A DNA stretch of 64,000 nucleotides from Cryomorphaceae bacterium BACL11 MAG-121001-bin54 (GCA_905182255.1 CAJJAH010000001.1:345508-409507), one strand, 5' to 3'. Numbered from the stretch's first letter, positions 51,201 through 57,927 are shown. Notes: generated from the sequence alone by a model not told the origin. Numbers and translations: made by a program.

Positions 51201-54138
51201 TAGTAGTTGTAAAAGTGTAAACTCCACTAGCTGTATAAGTCTGTCCATTCCAAGTATAATCATCACACTCTGTAACATCTGTGGATGATAAAGTAGATGG
51301 ATTTATAGTAAGATTTAATGTCGCTACAGAATCACAACCATTTGAATTAGTAGTTGTAAAAGTGTAAACTCCACTAGCTGTATAAGTCTGTCCATTCCAA
51401 GTATAATCATCACACTCTGTAGCTGCAGTTGATGATGTAGTTGGAATACATAAACAAACAATAGAAAACGGAAATGCTTGAACATCAATATTTCCTAACT
51501 CAGAATCAACCGTTGAAGTAACTGTTAAAGATCCGGCAGTAGGATTAATAAATACATTAAGAAAGTTAATAGTACTTGAGTTGCCACTAGTAAAATTATT
51601 CCCATCAGCAATAGAAGTAGCTGATATACTAACTCCTGGATTTAAATTGGTAATAGTAAAAGTACCTAAAGCTAATCCAGTAGCTATATCCACAGATTCA
51701 ATAACTGCCTGAGTAGAACCAACTGTTGAAACAACTACCAAAGTAGTATTAACTGTATTAAAGCCTGCACCAGCCATACTACTAGCTGAACCAATAACAT
51801 CTCCAGAAGACATATTTGAAATATCAAAAGAACCTGCATCTGATGTAAATAATGAAGTCAATATATCTACCTCACCAGCATCCTGACTTAAGATAACAGT
51901 TAAATCTGTTAAACTATCACAATCAGTGTTGGAAAGTGAAATTGAAACAGTTGGAGAAAAATCTAAGACTACACAGACAATAGAAAACGGAAATGCTTGA
52001 ACATCAATATTTCCTAACTCAGAATCAACCGTTGAAGTAACTGTTAAAGATCCGGCAGTAGGATTAATAAATACATTAAGAAAGTTAATAGTACTTGAGT
52101 TGCCACTAGTAAAATTATTCCCATCAGCAATAGAAGTAGCTGATATACTAACTCCTGGATTTAAATTGGTAATAGTAAAAGTACCTAAAGCTAATCCAGT
52201 AGCTATATCCACAGATTCAATAACTGCCTGAGTAGAACCAACTGTTGAAACAACTACCAAAGTAGTATTAACTGTATTAAAGCCTGCACCAGCCATACTA
52301 CTAGCTGAACCAATAACATCTCCAGAAGACATACTTGAAATATCAAAAGAACCTGCATCTGATGTAAATAATGAAGTCAATATATCTACCTCACCAGCAT
52401 CCTGACTTAAGATAACAGTTAAATCTGTTAAACTATCACAATCAGTGTTGGAAAGTGAAATTGAAACAGTTGGAGAAAAATCTAAGACTACACAGACAAT
52501 AGAAAACGGAAATGCTTGAACATCAATATTTCCTAACTCAGAATCAACCGTTGAAGTAACTGTTAAAGATCCGGCAGTAGGATTAATAAATACATTAAGA
52601 AAGTTAATAGTACTTGAGTTGCCACTAGTAAAATTATTCCCATCAGCAATAGAAGTAGCTGATATACTAACTCCTGGATTTAAATTGGTAATAGTAAAAG
52701 TACCTGAAGCTAATCCAGTAGCTATATCCACAGATTCAATAACTGCCTGAGTAGAACCAACTGTTGAAACAACTACCAAAGTAGTATTAACTGTATTAAA
52801 GCCTGCACCAGCCATACTAATAGCTGAACCAATAACATCTCCAGAAGACATACTTGAAATATCAAAAGAACCTGCATCTGATGTAAATAATGAAGTCAAT
52901 ATATCTACCTCACCAGCATCCTGACTTAAGATAACAGTTAAATCTGTTAAACTATCACAATCAGTGTTGGAAAGTGAAATTGAAACAGTTGGAGAAAAAT
53001 CTAAGACTACACAGACAATAGAAAACGGAAATGCTTGAACATCAATATTTCCTAACTCAGAATCAACCGTTGAAGTAACTGTTAAAGATCCGGCAGTAGG
53101 ATTAATAAATACATTAAGAAAGTTAATAGTACTTGAGTTGCCACTAGTAAAATTATTCCCATCAGCAATAGAAGTAGCTGATATACTAACTCCTGGATTT
53201 AAATTGGTAATAGTAAAAGTACCTAAAGCTAATCCAGTAGCTATATCCACAGATTCAATAACTGCCTGAGTAGAACCAACTGTTGAAACAACTACCAAAG
53301 TAGTATTAACTGTATTAAAGCCTGCACCAGCCATACTAATAGCTGAACCAATAACATCTCCAGAAGACATACTTGAAATATCAAAAGAACCTGCATCTGA
53401 TGTAAATAATGAAGTCAATATATCTACCTCACCAGCATCCTGACTTAAGATAACAGTTAAATCTGTTAAACTATCACAATCAGTGTTGGAAAGTGAAATT
53501 GAAACAGTTGGAGAAAAATCTAAGACTACACAGACAATAGAAAACGGAAATGCTTGAACATCAATATTTCCTAACTCAGAATCAACCGTTGAAGTAACTG
53601 TTAAAGATCCGGCAGTAGGATTAATAAATACATTAAGAAAGTTAATAGTACTTGAGTTGCCACTAGTAAAATTATTCCCATCAGCAATAGAAGTAGCTGA
53701 TATACTAACTCCTGGATTTAAATTGGTAATAGTAAAAGTACCTAAAGCTAATCCAGTAGCTATATCCACAGATTCAATAACTGCCTGAGTAGAACCAACT
53801 GTTGAAACAACTACCAAAGTAGTATTAACTGTATTAAAGCCTGCACCAGCCATACTACTAGCTGAACCAATAACATCTCCAGAAGACATACTTGAAATAT
53901 CAAAAGAACCTGCATCTGATGTAAATAATGAAGTCAATATATCTACCTCACCAGCATCCTGACTTAAGATAACAGTTAAATCTGTTAAACTATCACAATC
54001 AGTGTTGGAAAGTGAAATTGAAACAGTTGGAGAAAAATCATTAAGATTTTGAGCAATAATTTGATTAGGATTTAATAAAAAACCTAAACAAAAAATTAAC
54101 ATTAAATTTGATAAAATTTGGGTAAAATTTCTTTTCAT
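42274..54138 (-). CDS. Giant repeat-rich T9SS-secreted cell-surface protein (SprB-like adhesin), 3954 aa
   Basis: Single uninterrupted ORF. Signal peptide MKRNFTQILSNLMLIFCLGFLLNPNQIIAQ. In order: 5 x 173-aa repeats; about 22 x 49-aa two-Cys repeats, interrupted by 5 GCTD..NY..DDGSC mini-repeats; 4.8 x 347-aa units of Ig-like, FN3, FN3 and SprB-type repeat (CFGGSDGSLDLSVIGGSGSFSYLWSDGS); one extra FN3. The C-terminus ...LNIYPNPTRGLFNISF...IFMIQIRT...RIVLQ matches the type-A T9SS sorting domain (TIGR04183-like). Confidence 0.9.
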   Translation of the reverse strand: MKRNFTQILSNLMLIFCLGFLLNPNQIIAQNLNDFSPTVSISLSNTDCDSLTDLTVILSQDAGEVDILTSLFTSDAGSFDISSMSSGDVIGSASSMAGAGFNTVNTTLVVVSTVGSTQAVIESVDIATGLALGTFTITNLNPGVSISATSIADGNNFTSGNSSTINFLNVFINPTAGSLTVTSTVDSELGNIDVQAFPFSIVCVVLDFSPTVSISLSNTDCDSLTDLTVILSQDAGEVDILTSLFTSDAGSFDISSMSSGDVIGSAISMAGAGFNTVNTTLVVVSTVGSTQAVIESVDIATGLALGTFTITNLNPGVSISATSIADGNNFTSGNSSTINFLNVFINPTAGSLTVTSTVDSELGNIDVQAFPFSIVCVVLDFSPTVSISLSNTDCDSLTDLTVILSQDAGEVDILTSLFTSDAGSFDISSMSSGDVIGSAISMAGAGFNTVNTTLVVVSTVGSTQAVIESVDIATGLASGTFTITNLNPGVSISATSIADGNNFTSGNSSTINFLNVFINPTAGSLTVTSTVDSELGNIDVQAFPFSIVCVVLDFSPTVSISLSNTDCDSLTDLTVILSQDAGEVDILTSLFTSDAGSFDISSMSSGDVIGSASSMAGAGFNTVNTTLVVVSTVGSTQAVIESVDIATGLALGTFTITNLNPGVSISATSIADGNNFTSGNSSTINFLNVFINPTAGSLTVTSTVDSELGNIDVQAFPFSIVCVVLDFSPTVSISLSNTDCDSLTDLTVILSQDAGEVDILTSLFTSDAGSFDISNMSSGDVIGSASSMAGAGFNTVNTTLVVVSTVGSTQAVIESVDIATGLALGTFTITNLNPGVSISATSIADGNNFTSGNSSTINFLNVFINPTAGSLTVTSTVDSELGNIDVQAFPFSIVCLCIPTTSSTAATECDDYTWNGQTYTASGVYTFTTTNSNGCDSVATLNLTINPSTLSSTDVTECDDYTWNGQTYTASGVYTFTTTNSNGCDSVATLNLTINPSTLSSTDVTECDDYTWNGQTYTASGVYTFTTTNSNGCDSVATLNLTINPSTLSSTDVTECDDYTWNGQTYTASGVYTFTTTNSNGCDSVATLNLTINPSTLSSTDVTECDDYTWNGQTYTASGVYTFTTTNSNGCDSVATLNLTINPSTLSSTDVTECDDYTWNGQTYTASGVYTFTTTNSNGCDSVATLNLTINPSTLSSTDVTECDDYTWNGQTYTASGVYTFTTTNSNGCDSVATLNLTINPSTLSSTDVTECDDYTWNGQTYTASGVYTFTTTNSNGCDSVATLNLTVNPSTTSTSAATSCDDYNWNGQTYTASGVYTFTTTNSNGCDSVATLNLTINPSTLSSTDVTECDDYTWNGQTYTASGVYTFTTTNSNGCDSVATLNLTVNPSTTSTSAATSCDDYNWNGQTYTASGVYTFTTTNSNGCDSVATLNLTINPSTLSSTDVTECDDYTWNGQTYTASGVYTFTTTNSNGCDSVATLNLTINPSTLSSTDVTECDDYTWNGQTYTASGVYTFTTTNSNGCDSVATLNLTINPSTLSSTDVTECDDYNWNGQTYIASGVYTFTTTNSNGCDSVATLNLTINPSTLSSTDVTECDDYTWNGQTYIASGVYTFTTTNSNGCDSVATLNLTVNPSTTSTSAATSCDDYNWNGQTYTASGVYTFTTTNSNGCDSVATLNLTINLPDGCTDPTQFNYDANAVCDDGSCIPFIYGCTDISAFNYNSSVNTDDGSCVPFTYGCNDPAASNYNPNVNTSDGSCIYLGCTDSAAVNYDPMATIDDGSCSYIIVLGCTDSNACNYDSTATVNDSSCFYPTVSSTDVTECDDYTWNGQTYTASGVYTFTTTNSNGCDSVATLNLTINPSTLSSTDVTECDDYTWNGQTYIASGVYTFTTTNSNGCDSVATLNLTVNPSTTSTSAATSCDDYNWNGQTYTASGVYTFTTTNSNGCDSVATLNLTINPSTLSSTDVTECDDYTWNGQTYIASGVYTFTTTNSNGCDSVATLNLTINPSTLSSTDVTECDDYNWNGQTYTASGVYTFTTTNSNGCDSTATLNLIINPSAFSVNNQTICFGYSYSINGNTYSSSGTYFDIYTTNLGCDSTVTTILTILPDFSVTVQNPTGGSPICLGESVTLSMTSWSPSGSIYQWNDLSGAISGATSSTYTTSVAGTYSLTVTNPAGCIATSSATTINVISLSPPTGLSVSNIQLDRATMNWSAVTDAHHYNIRMRVQGTSSWSIALNYLYGTSKEKLNLTSSTTYEWEIQSVCSSDNSSVSAWSSTESFTTTIPCTTPLNTTTTAIGLTDATLGWDVSPGALEYIVRYKQVNQGWGTFTYDTINTNSLVLSSLLSGTAYHWQVKSVCDGSGNNNSAFSSFEVFNTGSCNASLNIIQTNVGCFGGSDGSLDLSVIGGSGSFSYLWSDGSTSEDLTSLAAGTYSVTVTDNNTCQYTATYVITTPASAFSVTVQNPTGGSPICLGESVTLSMTSWSPSGSIYQWNDLSGAISGATSSTYTTSVAGTYSLTVTNPAGCIATSSATTINVISLSPPTGLSVSNIQLDRATMNWSAVTDADHYNIRMRVQGTSSWSIALNYLYGTSKEKLNLTSSTTYEWEIQSVCSSDNSSVSAWSSTESFTTTIPCTTPLNTTTTAIGLTDATLGWDVSPGALEYIVRYKQVNQGWGTFTYTTVTTNSLDLSSLLSGTAYHWQVKSVCDGSGNNNSAFSSFEVFNTGSCNASLNIIQTNVGCFGGSDGSLDLSVIGGSGSFSYLWSDGSTSEDLTSLAAGTYSVTVTDNNTCQYTATYVITTPASAFSVTTQNPTGGSPICLGESVTLSMTSWSPSGSIYQWNDLSGAISGATSSTYTTSVAGTYSLTVTNPAGCIATSSATTINVISLSPPTGLSVSNIQLDRATMNWSAVTDAHHYNIRMRVQGTSSWSIALNYLYGTSKEKFNLTSSTTYEWEIQSVCSSDNSSVSAWSSTESFTTTIPCTTPLNTTTTAIGLTDATLGWDVSPGALEYIVRYKQVNQGWGTFTSTIVTTNSLDLSSLLSGTAYHWQVKSVCDGSGNNNSAFSSFEVFNTGSCNASLNIIQTNVGCFGGSDGSLDLSVIGGSGSFSYLWSDGSTSEDLTSLAAGTYSVTVTDNNTCQYTATYVITTPASAFSVTTQNPTGGSPICLGESVTLSMTSWSPSGSIYQWNDLSGAISGATSSTYTTSVAGTYSLTVTNPAGCIATSSATTINVISLSPPTGLSVSNIQLDRATMNWSAVTDAHHYNIRMRVQGTSSWSIALNYLYGTSKEKLNLTSSTTYEWEIQSVCSSDNSSVSAWSSTESFTTTIPCTTPLNTTTTAIGLTDATLGWDVSPGALEYIVRYKQVNQGWGTFTYTTVTTNSLDLSSLLSGTAYHWQVKSVCDGSGNNNSAFSSFEVFNTGSCNASLNIIQTNVGCFGGSDGSLDLSVIGGSGSFSYLWSDGSTSEDLTSLAAGTYSVTVTDNNTCQYTATYVITTPASAFSVTVQNPTGGSPICLGESVTLSMTSWSPSGSIYQWNDLSGAISGATSSTYTTSVAGTYSLTVTNPAGCIATSSATTINVISLSPPTGLSVSNIQLDRATMNWSAVTDAHHYNIRMRVQGTSSWSIALNYLYGTSKEKLNLTSSTTYEWEIQSVCSSDNSSVSAWSSTQSFATLTVCTTPTNTNTTAIGLTDATLGWDVSPGALEYIVRYKQVNQGWGTFTYTTVTTNSLDLSSLLSGTAYHWQVKSVCDGSGNNNSAFSSFEVFNTVNGCIPPTNIIIDSITTSSAVLSWDSNPAAFTYRLMYLVVGAPWNTRIDTTITPGLNNLTLTGLISNENYRFRIRTICDPSVNYNSAWTGWDTVTTLAGNRITAGDIDLGEYLNIYPNPTRGLFNISFMAEKLDNFEITIVDAFGKLVFQEDKQDFIGEYTKRIDFSNSPRGIFMIQIRTRNSFVSKRIVLQ
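42853..47823 (-). repeat. Tandem array, period 1041 nt (347 aa), about 4.8 copies
   Basis: Identical antisense ORFs in the track at 44063, 45104, 46145 and 47186 are spaced exactly 1041 nt apart. Protein units begin FSVT(V/T)QNPTGGSPICLGESV. The copies are identical at nearly all positions, with the few differences confined to short patches. Confidence 0.95.
47824..48708 (-). repeat. Tandem array, period 147 nt (49 aa), about 6 copies (the last is diverged)
   Basis: Units PSTLSSTDVTECDDYTWNGQTYTASGVYTFTTTNSNGCDSVATLNLTIN. The final unit is diverged: PSAFSVNNQTICFGYSYSINGNTYSSSGTYFDIYTTNLGCDSTVTTILTIL. Confidence 0.9.
48709..49095 (-). repeat. Five degenerate Cys/Asp-rich mini-repeats of about 25 aa (GCTDxxAxNYDxxAxxDDGSC)
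   Basis: LPDGCTDPTQFNYDANAVCDDGSC / IPFIYGCTDISAFNYNSSVNTDDGSC / VPFTYGCNDPAASNYNPNVNTSDGSC / IYLGCTDSAAVNYDPMATIDDGSC / SYIIVLGCTDSNACNYDSTATVNDSSC. Conserved at protein level, not at nucleotide level. Confidence 0.85.
49096..51447 (-). repeat. Tandem array, period 147 nt (49 aa), 16 copies
   Basis: The marker ggatttatagtaagatttaatgtcgct recurs at 50417 and 50564 (spacing 147). 2352 nt divided by 147 gives 16. Two sequence types alternate irregularly: TLSSTDVTECDDYT and TTSTSAATSCDDYN. Confidence 0.95.
51452..54039 (-). repeat. Tandem array, period 519 nt (173 aa), 5 copies
   Basis: The marker atagaaaacggaaatgcttgaac occurs at 51461 and 51980 (spacing 519). Protein units DFSPTVSISLSNTDCDSLTDLTVILSQDAGEVD...FPFSIVCVVL differ by only 1 to 2 residues per copy. 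Confidence 0.95.
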
Positions 54139-54228
54139 AATATTTTTTTTAATACTTGTTTTGATACTTTTTTTGATACTTTTTTTATAGCATTATTTGT
54201 CGTAATAACAATATAATTTGCGAATATA

Positions 54229-54236
54229 CAAAATTA
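54229..54236 (-). promoter_or_regulatory. Putative -7 box (TAnnTTTG) for the giant gene
   Basis: Minus-strand TAATTTTG, 90 nt upstream of the ATG at 54138. Confidence 0.4.
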
Positions 54237-54615
54237 TTTAATTATCGAGGGTGTATTACTCAGCATTCTAATAATATTTTAAAAAAATTCTCGTCATTTT
54301 TAAGCTGCAAACTCTTAAAATAAATCAATATCGAAATAATGTTCTGAAAAAACCTATAGCTAAAATTTTTATCATACGCTAAACAAAGCAGATGCAAATA
54401 AAACTACACTTTAAAACTAATAGATAGACATTTATAAAACCTAAAAACAATAGTATTAAAGAGTTGAAGAATTGTAATTATAACTTAATACAAGAAAATA
54501 AATTCTGATAATTAGAACTCCTAAAGATGAAATAATGAAAAAAATAGGTGATTTACAATGAATATTTACTGAAGTATTTACGCATACATTAGTTGTTGGT
54601 CCAATTTGTAAAAAG

Positions 54616-54688
54616 TTGACCGACTAGGGCTCGAACCTAGACTCTTCTGCACCAAAAGCAGACGTGTTGCCAGTTACACCATCGGTCA
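54616..54688 (-). tRNA. tRNA-Gln (anticodon UUG)
   Basis: Manual fold of the reverse complement: TGACCGA TG GTGT AACTGGCA ACAC G TCTGC TTTTGGT GCAGA AGAGT CTAGG TTCGAGC CCTAG TCGGTCA A. It has a 7-bp acceptor stem with the U1-A72 pair typical of bacterial tRNA-Gln, a TTCGAGC T-loop and anticodon TTG. CCA is not encoded. Confidence 0.9.
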
Positions 54689-54831
54689 ATATACAAATTG
54701 GTCGGCAAAAATAACAATTAAGTAAGAAGTACAAAATAATTTCTCATTTTTTCGTTATTAATAAAATCAAGACAGAAATCAATAATTAATTTTATACATT
54801 CGCCATTCTAACAAAAAAGTACTATTTAAAG

Positions 54832-57800
54832 ATGAATCAATTCAAAAAACTAAATAATATTATTGGATGGAGCGTATTTTTAATCGCCTCATTTGTTTAT
54901 CTATCCACTATTGAACAAACCGTAAGTTTTTGGGATTGTGGCGAGTATATTGCAACGGCATATAAATTACAAGTTGGACATCCTCCTGGAGCTCCATTAT
55001 TTCAGTTATTTGGCAGAATTTTTACGCTTTTTGCAGCTCAAGGAACTTCTGAAGTAGCAGTTGCTATCAATATTCTATCCGCATTGTGTTCCTCATTTAC
55101 TATTCTATTTCTCTTTTGGACGATTACAGCCTTTGGAAGAAAGATGTTTTTTAAAGACAATAATTATGAAACGGGTAAAATATATGCTGTTTTAGGAAGT
55201 GGGCTTGTAGGAGCTTTAGCTTACACTTTTTCTGATTCTTTTTGGTTCTCGGCTGTTGAGGGAGAAGTTTATGCCATGTCATCCTTTTTTACAGCAATAA
55301 CCTTTTGGTGCATTATGAAATGGGAGCAGGAAGCTGACCAACCTTTAGCGAGCAGATGGCTTGTTTTGATTGCTTACTTAATAGGGCTTTCAGTTGGGGT
55401 GCATTTATTATCCTTACTTACAATCCCTGCAATGGGAATGATTTACTATTACAAAAAATACCAATATACTAAGTCAGGAGCAATAAAAGCATTCGTCATT
55501 TCAATGATGATATTAGGCTTAGTTCAGGCTGTTATTATTCCAGGTGCCGTAAGTTTAATTTCTACTTTTGAGTTGTTTTTTGTAAATACAATAGGTTTGC
55601 CATTTAATTCCGGAACTATTATTTATTTCCTTTCAGTGATAGTTGCTATTGCATTCGGATTATCTTACACTAAGAAACACAATAAAGCAGTTTGGAATAC
55701 AGTAATATTAGGAGTTATGATGTTACTAATAGGGTATTCATCATTCGCAATTTTAGTTGTCCGATCCAATGCAAATCCTCCTATTGACGAGAATAATCCT
55801 GAAGATGCAGTCGGACTTTTATCCTATTTAAAAAGAGAACAATATGGAAGCTGGCCGATCGTTTACGGGCAACATTTTAATGCAAAATTAGATAGTAAAA
55901 AACCATATTTAGATGGGAATCCTGTATATGCAAAAGATGAAAAGAAAGGGAAATATGTTGTAATAGACAAGAGGAAAAATACACTTCCAAATTACAGCAA
56001 AAAAGATAAAATGTTTTTTCCAAGAATTTGGAGTAATACCCAAGCTAGACATGCGGGAGGCTATGTAAGTTGGGCGGGTCTTAAAAACAAAGATGCAAAA
56101 CCTACTTTTGGTCAAAACCTAACCTATTTTTTCAAATACCAAATTGGGTGGTCCTATATTCGTTATTTTATGTGGAATTTCACTGGAAGGCAGAATGATT
56201 TTATGAATATGGATGGAAATTCCTTAAAAGGAAACTGGGAAAGTGGAATAGGATTTATTGATAATGCTAGATTAGGAACACCTTCAGCAGAAGTAGATGT
56301 GCCGGATTATTTAGGGAAAAATAAAGGTAAAAATCATTATTATTTTCTCCCTCTAATTTTAGGATTAATTGGAATGTTCTTCCACTTTAAACAGAACAAT
56401 CAAGATGCCTTGACTGTTTTATTATTTTTCTTATTTACTGGAGTCTTAATTATCATTTATTTAAACGTGGTACCATTTCAACCTAGAGAGAGGGATTATG
56501 CCTATGTAGGTTCTTTTTATGCCTTTGCAATCTGGATAGGAATGGGTGTTTTAGGAATCTATGATTTTTTAAGTAAAAGAATGAGTTCGTCTGCAAGTGC
56601 AGCTTCAGCCACTATTATAGCACTTATTATCCCAACAATAATGGCAGCTGAAAATTGGGATGATCATGACAGAAGTGGAAGGTTTACAGCTTTAGAGGTT
56701 GCAAAAAACTACCTCAACTCTTGTGATAAAAATGCTATATTATTTACAAATGGTGATAATGATACTTTCCCACTTTGGTATGCACAGGAAGTAGAGGGAA
56801 TACGAACAGATATTAAAGTGGTTAATTTATCTTTGTTCAATACTCCTTGGTATATTGATCAAATGAAAAGAGCATCTTATGATGCAGCTCCTATACCATC
56901 ATCATTAGAACATGATGATTACAGGGCCGGAACAAGAGATTATACTCCAATAAATGAACGATTTAAAGATTATGTTGAAGTAAAAGATGTCGTAAATTTT
57001 ATTAACAGTAAAAGTTCAAAAGCTAAGATCAATACTTCAGCAGGACTAAGAAGCTACTGCCCTACTAAAAAACTAAAGCTTTCGGTTAACAAAAAAAATG
57101 TAAAATCATTTATTCCTAAAGAATATCATGAGAAAATTGTAGATGAAATAAAATTCAAATTAAAAGGAAATGGGCTTTATAAAAATAAATTAATGGTGCT
57201 GGATATTTTGGCTAACTTCAATTGGGAGCGCCCTATATATTTTGCTATTACTGTAGGAAGAGACAACTTTATGGGCTTAGAAAAATACTTTCAGTTAGAA
57301 GGTCTGGCATATAGACTTGTCCCGTATGTAGCTCAATCTCCTGATGGACAAACAGGAGTTGTACATGCTGAAAAAATGTATGAAAGATTAGTTGAAAATT
57401 TTAAATGGGGAGGATTCAATAATCCTGATTTATATTTTGATGAAACCAATACTAGAATGGTAATGAATTTCAGAAATAATTATTCCCGTTTAGCAGAAGC
57501 TTTATTGACTAAAGGTGACACTGCTAGGGCAATTGAAACATTAGATAAATGTATGGCAGAATTTCCAAGAGATGTAGTTAACTTAAGTTATTTTTCATTA
57601 CCAATTATTGACATCTATTACAAGTTAGGAGAAGATAAAAAAGCAAAAAAAGTACTAGCATTAATGATTGATGATTACTTAACTGAAATTAAATACTTAA
57701 AAGAGTTTGAAAGCGGAAGTGGGCTAAAGCAGAACATAGGAATAGCAGGGCAAGTACTTAGCAGTTTAGGTAGGGTGATTCAGATTCATAAATTAGAGGA

Positions 57801-57927
57801 TTTATCATTTACCTATACTAATCAAGAAGGAATCTATTACAAAAGTAACGGAGATAATAAAGTAGAAATTGATTATGAAACTTATCGCATCAATACTTTT
57901 ATGGACGACTATTTAAGCATTCAATAA
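54832..57927 (+). CDS. DUF2723 domain-containing membrane protein (GT-C fold glycosyltransferase-like, TMEM260-related) with a C-terminal TPR-like region
   Basis: 1031 aa. N-terminus ...VSFWDCGEYIATAYKLQVGHPPGAPLF and about 11 or more TM segments match my memory of Bacteroidota DUF2723 proteins. Large soluble C-terminal domain with helical repeats. Confidence 0.7.
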   Translation: MNQFKKLNNIIGWSVFLIASFVYLSTIEQTVSFWDCGEYIATAYKLQVGHPPGAPLFQLFGRIFTLFAAQGTSEVAVAINILSALCSSFTILFLFWTITAFGRKMFFKDNNYETGKIYAVLGSGLVGALAYTFSDSFWFSAVEGEVYAMSSFFTAITFWCIMKWEQEADQPLASRWLVLIAYLIGLSVGVHLLSLLTIPAMGMIYYYKKYQYTKSGAIKAFVISMMILGLVQAVIIPGAVSLISTFELFFVNTIGLPFNSGTIIYFLSVIVAIAFGLSYTKKHNKAVWNTVILGVMMLLIGYSSFAILVVRSNANPPIDENNPEDAVGLLSYLKREQYGSWPIVYGQHFNAKLDSKKPYLDGNPVYAKDEKKGKYVVIDKRKNTLPNYSKKDKMFFPRIWSNTQARHAGGYVSWAGLKNKDAKPTFGQNLTYFFKYQIGWSYIRYFMWNFTGRQNDFMNMDGNSLKGNWESGIGFIDNARLGTPSAEVDVPDYLGKNKGKNHYYFLPLILGLIGMFFHFKQNNQDALTVLLFFLFTGVLIIIYLNVVPFQPRERDYAYVGSFYAFAIWIGMGVLGIYDFLSKRMSSSASAASATIIALIIPTIMAAENWDDHDRSGRFTALEVAKNYLNSCDKNAILFTNGDNDTFPLWYAQEVEGIRTDIKVVNLSLFNTPWYIDQMKRASYDAAPIPSSLEHDDYRAGTRDYTPINERFKDYVEVKDVVNFINSKSSKAKINTSAGLRSYCPTKKLKLSVNKKNVKSFIPKEYHEKIVDEIKFKLKGNGLYKNKLMVLDILANFNWERPIYFAITVGRDNFMGLEKYFQLEGLAYRLVPYVAQSPDGQTGVVHAEKMYERLVENFKWGGFNNPDLYFDETNTRMVMNFRNNYSRLAEALLTKGDTARAIETLDKCMAEFPRDVVNLSYFSLPIIDIYYKLGEDKKAKKVLALMIDDYLTEIKYLKEFESGSGLKQNIGIAGQVLSSLGRVIQIHKLEDLSFTYTNQEGIYYKSNGDNKVEIDYETYRINTFMDDYLSIQ

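Noticed and set aside
42853-54039. Regularly spaced identical repeats that could superficially suggest a CRISPR array or satellite DNA.
   Set aside because: There are no unique spacers between repeats. Every period (147, 519, 1041 nt) is a multiple of 3. The whole region is one uninterrupted ORF with coherent protein domains. No cas genes are present.
54139-54831. A genomic island integrated at tRNA-Gln, carrying the giant gene.
   Set aside because: There is no integrase or transposase. I could find no direct repeat of the tRNA 3' half near the other end of the giant gene (42175..42273). The gene is flanked by the core rimP-nusA-infB operon.
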